Below, one piece after another: positions 9,053-19,851 of a stretch of DNA of 64,000 bases. This stretch comes from an uncultured Spirochaetota bacterium (GTDB lineage: Bacteria > Spirochaetota > Spirochaetia > SZUA-6 > Fen-1364): assembly GCA_963845325.1 (NCBI GenBank), contig CAWJRT010000013.1, positions 128,614-192,613 on the forward strand, written 5' to 3'. Below the pieces are notes generated by a model that was not told where the DNA came from, made no database searches, and worked only from the letters and a program-made list of their open reading frames with translations. Within the stretch, counting starts at the first letter, position 1, and each line of letters opens with the position of its first letter. A program made the translations under genes and the position numbers.

Positions 9053-10228
9053 TTGTCAAGGCAGGCCGACCGACGGTATACTTCCCGCATCGGAAAAGCC
9101 GCCCGGTACGTCATTCTCGCGCTCGCCCGCCGTCTCCTGGAACGCCTGTCCCACGGCATCATCATCCACGCCGGCGGCCGCGCGTTGTTCGCCAGCCAGG
9201 GAATGTACCGCCTGCTGGCTGCGGAACCGGGCTCGCTGGATGGAGTCCGGATTGAAACGCTCGTGCGTCCCGAGGACGCCCCGACCCTGACGGCAGCGTC
9301 AAAGGACCCCGAGCTGCCCCACGAGCTTTCACTTCTTCGGCGGGACGGGACCGGCGTCTGGGTCCAGGCCCAGGGTATCAGGGTCAGGATTGCCGGGGAG
9401 AGAGTCGAGCTTCTCAGCGTGACCGACGTCAGCGCGCGGCGGGACGCTGAAGAGGCCCGCCGCAGGATGGCGGACCTGGTCAGGCGCCAGGAGGAACAGC
9501 TGGAGCATTCCACGCGGCTCGCCGAGGTTGGAGAAATGGCTGCCTCGATCTCTCACGAGCTGAACCAGCCCCTGACGGGAATCCGCAACTACGCGCGCAA
9601 CGCCTACTATATGCTGGAGCAGAAGCCCGACGCAGAGGCGGAGGTGAAAAACAACCTGCGCCTCATTTCGGAACAGGTGGACCGCGCCGCCAAGATCATC
9701 AACCAGATGCGCGAGCTCACCAAGCGGTCGGATTCCGTCTTCAGCCTCCTGGAGTTGAACAGCGTGATCCGCGAAAGCGTGGATTTCATCCTGCCGCAGA
9801 TGAAGCTCTCCGAGGTCGCGGTGAGCCTCCGGCTGGAGGAAAGCCTCCCCCTGATCTGGGGAGACCGGATCCGGTTGGAGCAGGTGTTTCTCAACCTTCT
9901 GTCGAACGCGCGCCAGGCCATGACGGACGTCCCGGTCCGGAAGCTCGTGATCGAAAGCAGGCGCGATCCCGCCGCCGTGCTGCCCGTCGTCGTCGAGGTG
10001 ACCGACACCGGAAAGGGCTTCTCCGAGGAACAGGCGCTCCGGCTTTTCCAGCCCTTCTACACGACACGCAAGGGCGGACACGGCCTCGGGCTCTCGATTT
10101 CCCGAGCAATCGTCGTTGACCACAAGGGATCCATCGACGCAACCGGCTCTCCCGGGGCCGGGGCGACATTCACCATGCGGCTGCCCGCGGCCCGGTCCGA
10201 GACCGCCCCGGCACGGAGCGGCACATGA
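9053..10228 (+). CDS. cytoplasmic PAS-domain sensor histidine kinase (start uncertain)
   Basis: Frame of ORF 8936..10228. A PAS-like region is followed by the H-box EMAASISHELNQPLTG, the N-box LEQVFLNLLSNARQA, and the G-boxes DTGKGF and GHGLGLSIS. TTG at 9053 is the first start that does not overlap the divergent MFS gene. Confidence 0.75.
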   Translation: MSRQADRRYTSRIGKAARYVILALARRLLERLSHGIIIHAGGRALFASQGMYRLLAAEPGSLDGVRIETLVRPEDAPTLTAASKDPELPHELSLLRRDGTGVWVQAQGIRVRIAGERVELLSVTDVSARRDAEEARRRMADLVRRQEEQLEHSTRLAEVGEMAASISHELNQPLTGIRNYARNAYYMLEQKPDAEAEVKNNLRLISEQVDRAAKIINQMRELTKRSDSVFSLLELNSVIRESVDFILPQMKLSEVAVSLRLEESLPLIWGDRIRLEQVFLNLLSNARQAMTDVPVRKLVIESRRDPAAVLPVVVEVTDTGKGFSEEQALRLFQPFYTTRKGGHGLGLSISRAIVVDHKGSIDATGSPGAGATFTMRLPAARSETAPARSGT

Positions 10229-11628
10229 AGCCTGAAGGCGACCAGGCGGGCGGGATCATTGTCGTCATCGACGACGACGAGGCGGCACGGCACTCCATAG
10301 GCCAGATGCTGGGTCTTCGCGGGTGGTCCGTGGAGGTGTTCTCATCCGCTGAAGCGGCGCTCGCATGGCCCGGCCTGCGCGAGGCGTTGTGCATCATCAC
10401 TGATGTGAAGATGCCGGGGATGGACGGGGAGGAGTTTCTTGCCACGGTGAGGTCCAGGCCCGGGCTCACCTCCGGTGGTGATGCTCACCGGCCACGGCGA
10501 CATCGCCATGGCGGTGCGCTGCCTGAAGTCCGGGGCATTCGAGTTCGCCGAGAAGCCGTTTGATGACGCGGTGCTGCTGGCCTATGTCGGCAAAGCCGTG
10601 GAACAGTCCCGGCTTGTGCGCGAAGCCCGCGATCTCCGCCGCAGGCTCACCCTCTGCTCGCCGGAGGAAGACGGCAGGTTCGGCATGATCGGCCGCAGCC
10701 GGGCCATGCAGGACCTGTATGCCCAGGTTGAGGCTGCCGCGCGCTCAGATGCGCCTGTTCTCGTCACGGGGGAAACGGGCGTGGGCAAGGAACTCGTTGC
10801 CCGGGCCATCCACGGCCAGAGCCACCGGGCGGCCGGACCGTTCGTGCCGGTCGAACGCCGGGGCGCTGCCGGAAACAATGCTGGAAAGCGAGCTCTTCGG
10901 GCACGCCAGGGGCGCCTATACCGGGGCGGTGGGGGAGCGGGAAGGCAAGCTCGTGTCGGCCTCCGGGGGCACGCTCCTGCTGGATGAGATCGAGACGATC
11001 TCCGCCCGGGCGCAGGTGCAGCTTCTCCGCGTCCTGGATGATGGGGTGGTGCAGCCCCTGGGCAGCGACCGTCCCCGCAGGGTCGACATCCGGCTTGTCT
11101 GCGCCTCCAACGCCGAGCTTTCGGAAGAGGTGCGCAGGGGGACCATCCGGGAGGACTTCTCCCACCGCATCATGGTTCTCAACATCCGCGTGCCGCCTCT
11201 GCGCGAGCGCGCGGACGACATCCCCCTGCTCGTCTCTCATTTCCTGCGCCAGGTTGCGGACAGGAGCGGCGTCCCTGTCCCCACCATCCCCGAGGAGACT
11301 CTCACCGAGATGCTGGGCCACCACTGGCCCGGGCAATGTGCGCGAGCTGAAAAACGCCGTTGAGCGCCTTGCCATCACGTCGCGCGACGGGAGCGCCGGC
11401 AGCTTCACGCCGGACCTGCGTTTCGATTCCGAGAGGCTCCTGTCCCTTCCAACGAGTGCCGGCCGTCTGCGCGACGAGATGGAAAAAGTGGAGAGAGCGG
11501 CAATCGAGTCGGCGCTCCGGGAATGCCGCGGGGAGATCAACGCGACGTTCCAGGCGCTGGGTATCTCCCGACGCGCCCTCTACGAGCGCATGAAGAAATA
11601 CGGGCTGGACAAGCAGAGCTTCCGGTAG
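10225..11628 (+). CDS. sigma-54-dependent response regulator (NtrC family bEBP), interrupted by 3 apparent frameshifts
   Basis: Receiver (IIVVIDDDE...[13 protein letters not shown]...MLTGHGD). AAA+ domain ([12 protein letters not shown], the ESELFGH motif [GAFTGA-loop region], LLLDEIE, RLVCASN). [10 protein letters not shown] and a C-terminal Fis-type HTH ([18 protein letters not shown]). Pieces lie in ORFs 10225..10563, 10475..10987, 10719..11363 and 10984..11628. ATGA overlap with the kinase stop. Confidence 0.85.
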
Positions 11629-11674
11629 GGCGCGCGCCGCCAGCCCGTGCGTGTCCTGCTTCCCGAACGCGCCG

Positions 11675-12676
11675 TCAGCCCGGCATCTCACGATGGATGA
11701 AGTACTCGGCGTTGTGCCTCTGCTTCCAGAGGACGGGAATCTCCTCCTTGTACGTTTCCAGCAGCCCGTTGTACGCGCGCGGCATCTGGTCCTCCACGTG
11801 GCGGCGGAATTTCGCCAGCGAGTGGAACGGGATGTTGGGAAACATGTGGTGCTCGGTGTGGTATTCCATGTGCAGGTAAAGGAACGAGAGCACCGGGTTG
11901 AGGCGCATGGTCCGCGTGTTGAGGCGGTGGTCCAGGACGTCTTCGGCAAGCCCGGAGTGCTGCGCAAGGATCAGGGTCCACATGAGAAACCCGCCGTACA
12001 ACCGCGGAAGGGTGAACAACAGTATGGGAAGCCAGGTCTGCAGAACGACTGCGACCACGATGGGCACGAGGTGCAGCGCAAGACATGCCCTGCTGGACCA
12101 GAACATCTTCTGGTACTCGCTTTTTGGCACAACCTTCATGGCCTCCTTGCTGACAATTCCCATGGAGTGGAGGAAGAGAATGGCAAAGAGGGAGACTGTG
12201 CTGCCCAGATAGAAGAATTCGACGAGCACCTTCCACAGCTTGACCGGCCGTGGTGCCTGGATCTCCAGATCGGTCTCCTTGATGATCGTCCAGGCGTGGT
12301 GGTGCATGTGCCTCCACCTGGTCAGGGTTGTCGCGCGGAACTCCATTGCCGCGGTGATGAAAAACATGATCCTGTTCAGCGCCCTGGTCTTGAACGCCGT
12401 GCCATGCAGGCTCTCGTGCAGGTGGGAATTGTTCATGCTGTAGAGGGTTCCGTATACGAAGAATACGAGGATGCACCAGGCGCTGCCGGCGTTGTACAGC
12501 GCCGCAGAGATGTACCCGAACGTCGCGACGAGCACAAACCACCCCCCGTAGTGGAGGATTGCCTGGAGATCGTTGCGCTGCATCAGGCCCTGCAGGACTG
12601 TGCGGTCTATCTTCGGGGTCCACCACCTCGGAGGATCCTTACGCTTCTTGAACTCATCATATGTTTCGACGCCCAT
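11675..12676 (-). CDS. membrane fatty-acid desaturase family protein
   Basis: Intact 333 aa with three His boxes (HESLH, HMHHH, HTEHH) and TM helices. Confidence 0.8.
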   Translation of the reverse strand: MGVETYDEFKKRKDPPRWWTPKIDRTVLQGLMQRNDLQAILHYGGWFVLVATFGYISAALYNAGSAWCILVFFVYGTLYSMNNSHLHESLHGTAFKTRALNRIMFFITAAMEFRATTLTRWRHMHHHAWTIIKETDLEIQAPRPVKLWKVLVEFFYLGSTVSLFAILFLHSMGIVSKEAMKVVPKSEYQKMFWSSRACLALHLVPIVVAVVLQTWLPILLFTLPRLYGGFLMWTLILAQHSGLAEDVLDHRLNTRTMRLNPVLSFLYLHMEYHTEHHMFPNIPFHSLAKFRRHVEDQMPRAYNGLLETYKEEIPVLWKQRHNAEYFIHREMPG

Positions 12677-12716
12677 GGCGCTCTCCCTTCAACTCGATGG
12701 ACATCCATCAGTCCAC

Positions 12717-13878
12717 TCAATCGTAGCGGCACTTCCGTGCTTCGTCGGCAAACGCGGCGATCAGCTTCGGGTCCGAATCGAAGAAGTGGTCGGACGGCGC
12801 GAGGATGTACCCGCCGCCCTCCCCGGCGTCCCGGAAGCTCTGGCGGACCGCTGCCCGGACTTCCTCCTCGGTGGCGCGGGTGAAATAGTGATTCTGGTTG
12901 AAGCCGCCGATCATGCACACCTTGTCTCCGATCCGTTTCTTGGCGTCCGACAGCACCGTGTCCCCGCCCATTCCCTTTGGCGTGAATGTCTCCATGGCGT
13001 CGGGACCCATTGCGGCCACCTTTTCGAGAATCGCCATCATGCCGCCGCAGGTGTGATACACGATGCGCTGGCCGGCCTCGTGCGCCGCGGCAATGACAGC
13101 CGTGTCATAGGGCGCCACGAACTCGTCGAAGAGAGAAGGGGAGATCACCGAGGAGGAGGCATCGCCCGCCGCCCAGCTCGTTGATGTCGAACCGCGCCCC
13201 CTTCATCGAGGAGATGTAGCCGAGCTTCCTCTTCTGGAGGATGCGCAGGAACTGGTGGACCCAGGACGGGTCGTCAAGGTCTCCATGATCATCTTTTCCG
13301 TTCCGTACAGGCAGCAGGCATCCTGCCAGCATCCCGGCTGGCCGAAGACGTCGAACGTGGGGATGTGCCCGCGGATGAGGCCCGTCTCCCCGTACTCGTC
13401 CGCTTCCCGGTTCACCGCTTCCACGTCGCACAGGGGGGTGGTGACATGGGCCGCAATGGCGTCGATGTCGTTCTTTTCCTTGACGAGGTTTTCCGTCACC
13501 CACGAGGTGTATTGGTTGGACTCCAGCGCCATGGTCAGGGTCTTTGAAGGTGTGACGAAGCGATAGCTGGTCCTTGTCCCCTTTTCCCCGGGAGTCTTGT
13601 CCATCTCGATGTGCCACTCATCTGACGCGATCAGGCGCGTCTCAAGAAACCCGGTCCCGGTCTGGTTGGGGTTGAAGTACGTGCCGGCCGCGGGGTCGGG
13701 ACGATGCGGGTAGACCCAGCGGATGGGGTCCATCCCGAAGCGCGCGAAGCATTCGTCCGTCGATATCCCGCCCATATGCTTGTTCAGGAAATAGGGCATG
13801 AGGTGGTGGGTCGTGACGGGCAGACGGTCCGGCTCGTCCGCCTGTGATTGCAGTCAGGAAACGCTTCTTCGCGGTCAT
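12717..13878 (-). CDS. uroporphyrinogen decarboxylase (URO-D) family protein, interrupted by about 3 apparent frameshifts
   Basis: N-terminus MTAKKRFLTAITGG (ATG at 13878). The middle is in ORF 13203..13799. The C-terminus is in ORF 12717..13148 (HTCGGMMAILEKVAAMGPDAMETF...GGYILAPSDHF), typical of URO-D/MtaA-like proteins. It is the last gene of the sugar ABC operon. Confidence 0.7.
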
Positions 13879-13922
13879 GGAACGGATGTCCTCCTGGCCC
13901 ACGGTACTCCGTGGATCTTTTG

Positions 13923-14776
13923 CTATTCTTTCACTGCCCCTTCGACGAGTCCCGAAATGAGCTGCCGCTGGATGAAAACGAAGATGACGAGCACGGGCAG
14001 GACGATGAGGATGGACGATGCCATGAGGTTTCCCCAGTTCGTCTCGTACTGGCCCACAAAGTCCATGATGCCGATTGGCAGGGTGCGGTGCTCCTTGCCC
14101 GTCATGATGACCAGGGGAAAGAGGAAGTCCTGCCAGGTGAGGAAGAAGACGTAGGCCCCGGTAGCGCCGATGGCCGGCTGCAGGAGAGGGACCACCACCC
14201 TCCAGAACGCCTGGAACTTGGAGGCGCCCTCGATGTACGCCGCTTCCTCCAGCTGAGGCGGGATATTGTGCAGGAAGCTGCGCAGGAGCCAGATTGCTAT
14301 GGGCACGGAAAACGTGAGAAACGCGATGATGAGGCCGGGGTAGGAGTCGATGAGCTCGAGCCCCGCAAGGATGCGGTAGATGGGGATGATGATCGCCGCA
14401 AGGCAGAACATCTGGCTGTAGACGATCAGCGTGAGGAAGAATTTCCTGCCCGGGAACTGCAGCCGGGAAAATCCGTACGCGCCCAGGAGGGCGATGACGA
14501 CGGCAATCGCCGTGGTGACCACCGACACGCCGAGGCTGTTCAGGAAATAGCGGAAGAAGGGGGCGTACTGCAGGGCCTGCTGGAAGTTGGTCAGCGTGAC
14601 CAGGTGCGGCAGAAAGCTCACCGGCAGGGCAAACTGCTCTCGGGGGCCCTTGAAGGCGGTGGAGAGCATCTGGCCGAAGGGGAACAGGATGAAGAACAGG
14701 ATGACGGCAAGCGCCACGGACCAGGTGACGACGGCGAGCTGCGCTCTCCCGCCTGTGTGAGATTCGGTGCTGCCAT
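13923..14776 (-). CDS. carbohydrate ABC transporter permease (MalG-like)
   Basis: ORF 13923..14717 carries the EAA-type loop (EEAAYIEGASKFQAFWRVVVP). An ATG at 14776 overlaps the stop of the upstream permease (TGATG) and would supply TM1 if one indel near 14735 is corrected. Otherwise the start is the GTG at 14717. Confidence 0.8.
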
Positions 14777-15680
14777 CAGAGCTTCTCCCTTTTGAAGATC
14801 ATGCGGATGTACTGGATGCTCAACGCGCTCACCAGCAGGAAGCTGAGGACCGCGAAGCGCGAGGCATTTCCGAAGTTGAAGTTCATGAAGGCCAGCTCGT
14901 AGATGTAGGTGGGCGCGATGTGCGTGGACCGGATGGGTCCTCCGCCGGTCATCACCCATATGATCTCGAAATAGTTGAAGGTCCATATGGCCGTGAGCAG
15001 GAGCGTGGTGCGGATGACGCTCGAGATGTGAGGAATGGTGATGGAGAAGAACTGCTGCGCCCCGTCCGCGCCATCCATCTGCGCCGACTCGTACAGAGAG
15101 GGAGGCACCGTCTGCAGCGCGGCCAGGTACATCAGCATGGAGAAACCGAAGCCCTTCCAGATGGCCGCCATCACTACGGAAAACATCGCCAGCCCCGGGA
15201 GCCCCAGCCAGTCGATGTGCGCGCTGGTGATTCCCAGCCGCGCAAGGAGCGTGTTGAGGAAGCCGAACTGGGCGTCGTACAGGAGGCGCCACACCATGCC
15301 CGCCACGACTCCCGGGATCACCCAGGGGAGGATGATGACGCTCCTGCCCAGCCAGCGCAGGCGGAACTGCCGGTTCAGGATCGAGCGCGGTTCCCAGGCC
15401 CACGATGAACTGGAAGAACGCCACAACGATCGTCCAGACAAAGGAGTTGCGAATGACCATGAGCGCGTCATGGGACTGGAAAACTGCCCACAAAGCCCTT
15501 GAGCCCGATGAAAACGGGGTTCGGATTGCTGAGCCTCGTGTCAAAGAGGGACAGGTACAGGGTGTAGCCGATGGGCACGAATATCAGCAGGAGCATGAGG
15601 ATGATGGCGGGGGAGGTGAACCCGTACCCCGTCAGCACATCCGCCCATCGGTACCGCGCGGTTCCCGGTCTGTCTTCCAT
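14776..15680 (-). CDS. carbohydrate ABC transporter permease (MalF-like), interrupted by 2 apparent frameshifts
   Basis: N-terminus in ORF 15468..15680, the middle in the frame of ORF 14618..15544, and the rest in ORF 14776..15471 (SAQMDGADGAQQFFSITIP EAA loop). Confidence 0.8.
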
Positions 15681-15747
15681 GGCTTCCTTTCCGGTTGCAG
15701 AAGAGGGGGCGAAGGGAATGACCCCTCCGCCCGACTCGCTCGGAAAT

Positions 15748-16992
15748 CTACTTGTTCAGCAGTGCGTCGACGGCCTTGGCTGCCTCATCGAGGGCTGCCT
15801 GCGTGCTCATCTGGCCGAGAAGGATCTTCCCGGTCGCCGTGTGCTGGACATCGGCGATCTCGGGATAGTTCGGAACCGAGGGCCGGAAGAGCGCCAGCGT
15901 GAGCTGCGTGTAGATGGTGTCCGGGAACTTCCTCTTATCCTTGAGGTACAGGTTCGCCGCGGCCTTGTTGGCCGGCGTGAGCATCGAGATCTTCTGGTTG
16001 ACGTCCTGTCTCGTGGAGTACTTCACGAACTCCCAGGCAAGTTCCTTGTTTGCGGCCTTGGCGTTGATGCCGATATTGAACCCGCCGAACGTTCCGATTG
16101 ACTGCCCGCCCGCGGGCTTGGGAAGATTGGCCACGCCGTAGTTCATGTTGGGCGCGCGGACGGCAATCGTGTCCTGTCCCCACTCGCCGTAGAAGAACAT
16201 GCCGACCTGTCCCGATGTGAACAGCTTGAACGACTCCTCCTCGTCACGACCCACCGTGCCGGGGGGCTGATGGCCGCGCAGGCCTTCCAGAAGTTCAGCG
16301 CCGCAACGCCCGCGGCGCTGTTGAAGAGGGCCTTCTTGCCGTCATCGCTGATGATCTTGCCGCCGCCCGAGAAGGTGAATGCGTCTGTCATGCACTGCAG
16401 CGCATCACCCTTGCCCAGCCATACCGCGGTCCCGTACTGGTTCCCGTGGGTCAGCTTCTTGCCGGCCGCGAGGAACTCGTCCCAGGTCACGGGCGGCTTC
16501 TCGGGATCCAGCCCGGCTGCCTTGAACATGTCCTTGTTGTAATACATGAGGGCCCACACGCCGACGTCGAACGGGATGGCGTAGATCTGGCCGAGGTAGC
16601 TTCCCGCGCCCCATGCGCCGGGGAAGTAGTCATCTGCCTTGATCCCGGACCCGATGCATCTTGTCCGTGATGGGGATCACGTACTTGCCCGCCGCGTACT
16701 GGGAGACCCAGATCTGGTCGAGCAGAAGCAGGTCGGGGCCCTGCCCGCCGGCAACCGCGGTGAGCATCTTGTCGCGAAGCTCGACATACGGGAAAGACGT
16801 CACCTCGACGGTGGCGTTGAACTGCTTCTCGAAATCCTTCACCGCGTTCTGCTGCGCCGTCTGGATGTCCATGGCTGACTGCTGGAGCGTCCAGAATGTC
16901 AGTTTCTTGCTCACCTTGGGTCCGCAGGCCGACAGTGTGAGCACAAGCGCCAGCACGACGCCTGCTGTAAGAATGATACGAGCTCTCTTCAT
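15748..16992 (-). CDS. extracellular solute-binding lipoprotein of sugar ABC transporter, interrupted by 2 apparent frameshifts
   Basis: MKRARIILTAGVVLALVLTLSAC lipobox (ATG at 16992, with AGGAGGA upstream). The body continues through ORFs 16630..17106, 16143..16559 and 15748..16254. Family-1 SBP-like sequence. Confidence 0.8.
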
Positions 16993-17062
16993 CTTCTCCT
17001 CCTGTAGGATCTGTTCGAAGCTATTCTGCAACGTATGAGGCGGCAGTGCACCCTCCTTCCCC

Positions 17063-18444
17063 TCATGCCGCGATATTCGAAAAGAAATCCTGAAGCACAA
17101 GGGCAATCCCCCCGTAGAGGGTGACGTCCTTCCCGAGAGTGGACCCGACGACCTTGATCTTGTCTGGCGATCACGGAGAACGCCCGCTGCCGGACGGCGT
17201 CCTGGATCTCCGCGAGAAGGATCGAGAGGTCGATGTCCCCCAGGTCGTTGGCGGATACGATGATCATCTCCGGGCTGAACGTGTTGGCCAGCGTGACGGC
17301 GCCTACGCTGAGCACCTGGCCGTGCTCGCGCAGGACCTCCCGCGCCGCCTCGTCGTCCGCGGCGGCCCTCGCGGAAGATCTCCCTGATGCGCTCCGAGGC
17401 CTGCTCGTTGGACAGCTCGCGCGCCGGGGCCGCTGGGCGGGTGCCGTCAGCACGGGGGCCTTCCCTGCGCGCGTACTGCGTCGATGATGTTGTGAAAGTT
17501 CGAGTACAGCTCCAGGCAGCCGACGTTTCCGCACCGGCACCGGGGTCCCTTGAAGTCGATGGTCACGTGGCCGATCTCGGAGACCACGTCGTCCTCGCCC
17601 CTGTAGAGCATTCCGTCGATGATCACCCCGGCGCCGGTCCCGATCCCGATCATGTAGCACCACGAGGTTGGAGACGCCGACGCCGCCGCCGAACCAGCTT
17701 TCTCCCAGGGCGGAGATGTTCGCGTCGTTGTCGACGAAGACATTCACACCGAACTCCCGCTGAACCGCTTCCTTGAGATGCACGTCTCGCCAGTCGAACG
17801 GGGCCGGTGATTTCTTCCCGTCCCCGAGCCGATTCGAGCCCCTCATGATGCCCATTTCCGCGTTCAGGGGGCCGGGCGCCGCAATTGAAATGCCGAGAAG
17901 GCTGGCCGCATCGATGTCGAACTTCCGAATGAGGTCGCGGATCATTCCGACCACCCTCTCCTCCAGCCTGTCCACAATGAGCTCGTTGTCCTGGATGAGC
18001 CGCAAGTACTGTTCCGACTTGTGGAGGATGTTTCCTGCCAGGTCGCACACCGCCGCCTGGACCAGGCTTCGGCCGAGGTTCAGGGCGATGATCTTGTGCT
18101 TTTCCCTGTTGATCGAGAGGAAGATCTGCTTTCTGCCCGGATGATCCCCCGCGGGTGTCCTTGCCCGACTCGAGGATAAGATCGAGCCCGAGCAGGGCGT
18201 TAGTGATCATGGTGATGGCGGCCGGGGTGAGCCCGGTCAGTCGAGAGATCTCCTTCCGTGAAATCATTTCATTCTGCTGGATGATCCTCAGCACGAGTGC
18301 CCGGTTGTGGATCTTGACCAGCTTGAGGTTGCGTCCTTTCCTGCCGCTCGAACCGATCGGGAGATTCCTGTCGGAGCCGCCGGGTCTTGCCCTTGAACCA
18401 TTCATCGCGCTCTTTTCGGCTTGGTCTGCAGCGTTCAATTTCAT
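17063..18444 (-). CDS. ROK family transcriptional regulator (NagC/XylR-like), interrupted by at least 4 apparent frameshifts
   Basis: N-terminal wHTH (NRALVLRIIQQNEMISRKEISRLTGLTPAAITMITNAL). ROK sugar-kinase-like core (LGISIAAPGPL, VFVDNDANISALGE, GIGTGAGVIIDG, and the CRCGNVGCLE zinc motif). The C-terminus KVVGSTLGKDVTLYGGIALVL ends at TGA 17063. Pieces are spread over three frames. Confidence 0.75.
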
Positions 18445-18566
18445 TTCACGAGTTGATTAATGAAGTGAATTAAGTAAATCACATGTGAGAGGAGCCGTCA
18501 AGCAGGGTTTCGGCCGGGTTTCGGCCGTCTTGGCACCTGGCCGGCAGACCCCACGGCTCACCCACG

Positions 18567-18697
18567 CGACAATGCAGTTTGTTGTCAGGAATCGACTACG
18601 CCTTGGTGCGGAGACCCCCTGGTCGGCAAATCCCCACGGCTCGCATTCCGAAACAACCGCACCTGTTGTCAGAAATTGACAACAAATTGCATTGTCG
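18567..18697. repeat. long-range inverted repeat: 21-nt arms with 1 mismatch, 89-nt spacer
   Basis: CGACAATGCAGTTTGTTGTCA (18567-18587) matches the reverse complement of TGACAACAAATTGCATTGTCG (18677-18697). Each arm is preceded by a copy of CCCCACGGCTC (18549-18559 and 18631-18641). It lies in the intergenic region between the ROK gene and an XRE gene. Confidence 0.7.
18666..18682. promoter_or_regulatory. perfect palindrome TTGTCA-N5-TGACAA (candidate operator)
   Basis: TTGTCAGAAATTGACAA overlaps the right arm of the inverted repeat. A weaker half-copy, TTGTCAGGAATCGAC, is at 18582-18596. Confidence 0.4.
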
Positions 18698-18775
18698 GAA
18701 GACGCCCGCCGGATTTCTCTCAAAGGCAAGCGGCGAATAAGTCAAAGCCGTGTTGAATGCTGAAAGGCGAATCGT

Positions 18776-18940
18776 GTGCATCTGCGCGCCACCGTGAAGA
18801 CCAGAAGCGTCTGGATCCAGATCCGTGGAGCCATCCCGGACTCCCTCCTGGAGGTGCTTCGGGAGGAGTATGGCTGCAGGCTGAACCGATGCGAGATGTC
18901 TTCAACTCCCCCTTATACTCTCAAGATCCTCGGGAGATGA
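18776..18940 (+). CDS. hypothetical small ORF coupled to the XRE gene (possible toxin-antitoxin partner)
   Basis: GTG at 18776 (or 18794) opens ...VKTRSVWIQIRGAIPDSLLEVLREEYGCRLNRCEMSSTPPYTLKILGR. Its TGA overlaps the ATG at 18937 (ATGA). No family recognised. It is below the ORF-track cutoff. Confidence 0.2.
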   Translation: MHLRATVKTRSVWIQIRGAIPDSLLEVLREEYGCRLNRCEMSSTPPYTLKILGR

Positions 18941-19134
18941 ACCCCGGGGCCTTTCTCAGGCTTTTCCGACAACTCGAAGATCTCAGCCAGGCGGAGTTGG
19001 GCCGGAAACTCGGCGGTGTCACGAGACAGAACGTTTGCCACATGGAGAACGGCCGACGGCCAATAAGCAGGAGCATGGCCATGAGGCTTTCCAGGCTCTT
19101 CGGCGCTTCTGCGGACAAGTTCATCGGGCCGTGA
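18937..19134 (+). CDS. XRE-family helix-turn-helix protein (HigA/antitoxin-like)
   Basis: MNPGAFLRLFRQLEDLSQAELGRKLGGVTRQNVCHMENGRRPISRSMAMRLSRLFG is a classic Cro/C1 HTH. An alternative in-frame start is at 18889. Confidence 0.65.
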   Translation: MNPGAFLRLFRQLEDLSQAELGRKLGGVTRQNVCHMENGRRPISRSMAMRLSRLFGASADKFIGP

Positions 19135-19139
19135 CGGGG

Positions 19140-19381
19140 AAGTGCGGTTTCGGCTATCCTTTCAGGAATGACCGAAGGAATGTGTGCACCAGCCGGCCAA
19201 GGCCGCCTGCGGCCGTGGAGGGCCACCATCGCGCAGGAGAGCCACGAGATTCACATCGATGGTCTTCTCCCATTTCTCGACGGCCTGGTCCTGGAAACCG
19301 CCGGAACCAGGATGTCGACGCGCCCCATGTCTCTCAACGCGCGGCGGTGACCACGGCCGCTTTTTCCTTCAGGTCGATCAT
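19140..19381 (-). pseudogene. heavily degraded short-chain dehydrogenase/reductase (SDR) remnant
   Basis: Reverse-strand MIDLKEKAAVVT (SDR N-terminus, ATG at 19381) runs into a stop. In other frames there are GRVDILV and FQDQAVEKWEKTIDVNL (SDR NNAG/helix region) and GRLVHTF (compare GRIVNISS). The roughly 60 aa normally lying between the first two motifs are missing. Confidence 0.4.
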
Positions 19382-19423
19382 CGTCTGGCTCAACTTTATG
19401 AGGGCATGCAACCGACATGAGAA

Positions 19424-19648
19424 GTGCCGCAGCGCACCATCATGGCAGACGAGGAGTTCTTCCGACACATCCACCGCATGAGCCGCCTCACGCGGGCCCT
19501 CAAGGCGCCGCTGGACGCCTGGGAGGCGGACGTCCTGAAGCGGACCATGGAGACTTTCGGGTCCGGGATTGCCCGCGCGGTGCGCCGCCACCTCGACGAA
19601 GCATTCATTGAGCTTGTCACGAGTATGGACCAGGGCATCAGGAACTGA
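19424..19648 (+). CDS. hypothetical protein
   Basis: 74-aa ORF (GTG at 19424, ATG at 19442) with helical-looking sequence MADEEFFRHIHRMSRLTRALKAPLDAWEADVLKRTMETF. No family recognised, and it sits in a decayed region. Confidence 0.25.
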   Translation: MPQRTIMADEEFFRHIHRMSRLTRALKAPLDAWEADVLKRTMETFGSGIARAVRRHLDEAFIELVTSMDQGIRN

Positions 19649-19656
19649 AGCCTTTT

Positions 19657-19679
19657 CCATGTGCATAGCCCGCACATGG
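19657..19679. promoter_or_regulatory. perfect 8-bp inverted repeat CCATGTGC-N7-GCACATGG (hairpin or candidate enhancer-binding site)
   Basis: Lies 9 nt after the stop of ORF 19424..19648 and about 175-195 bp upstream of the sigma-54-type promoter. No U-tract follows it. Confidence 0.3.
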
Positions 19680-19851
19680 GAGATCTGTACACAAGAATCC
19701 GCTGCCTGTTTCTTCGCCGGCCGCAAGTGGTTCCAGTTCGTTTTCGTAGTTTAGAGCTCGGGTCATTTATAATTCATTATTGAATAATGCTTTGGTATTT
19801 CTTGTTTCAACATTTTTCCATACTGCACTTTATAGAGAAAAAAATCACGAT

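Noticed and set aside
18531-18546. TGGCAC-N5-CGGCA as a sigma-54 promoter
   Set aside because: The -24 element and the spacing are correct, but the -12 element lacks the TTGC/TGC context. It also lies about 230 nt from the nearest plus-strand ORF. I kept it only as a remark inside the intergenic-structure finding.
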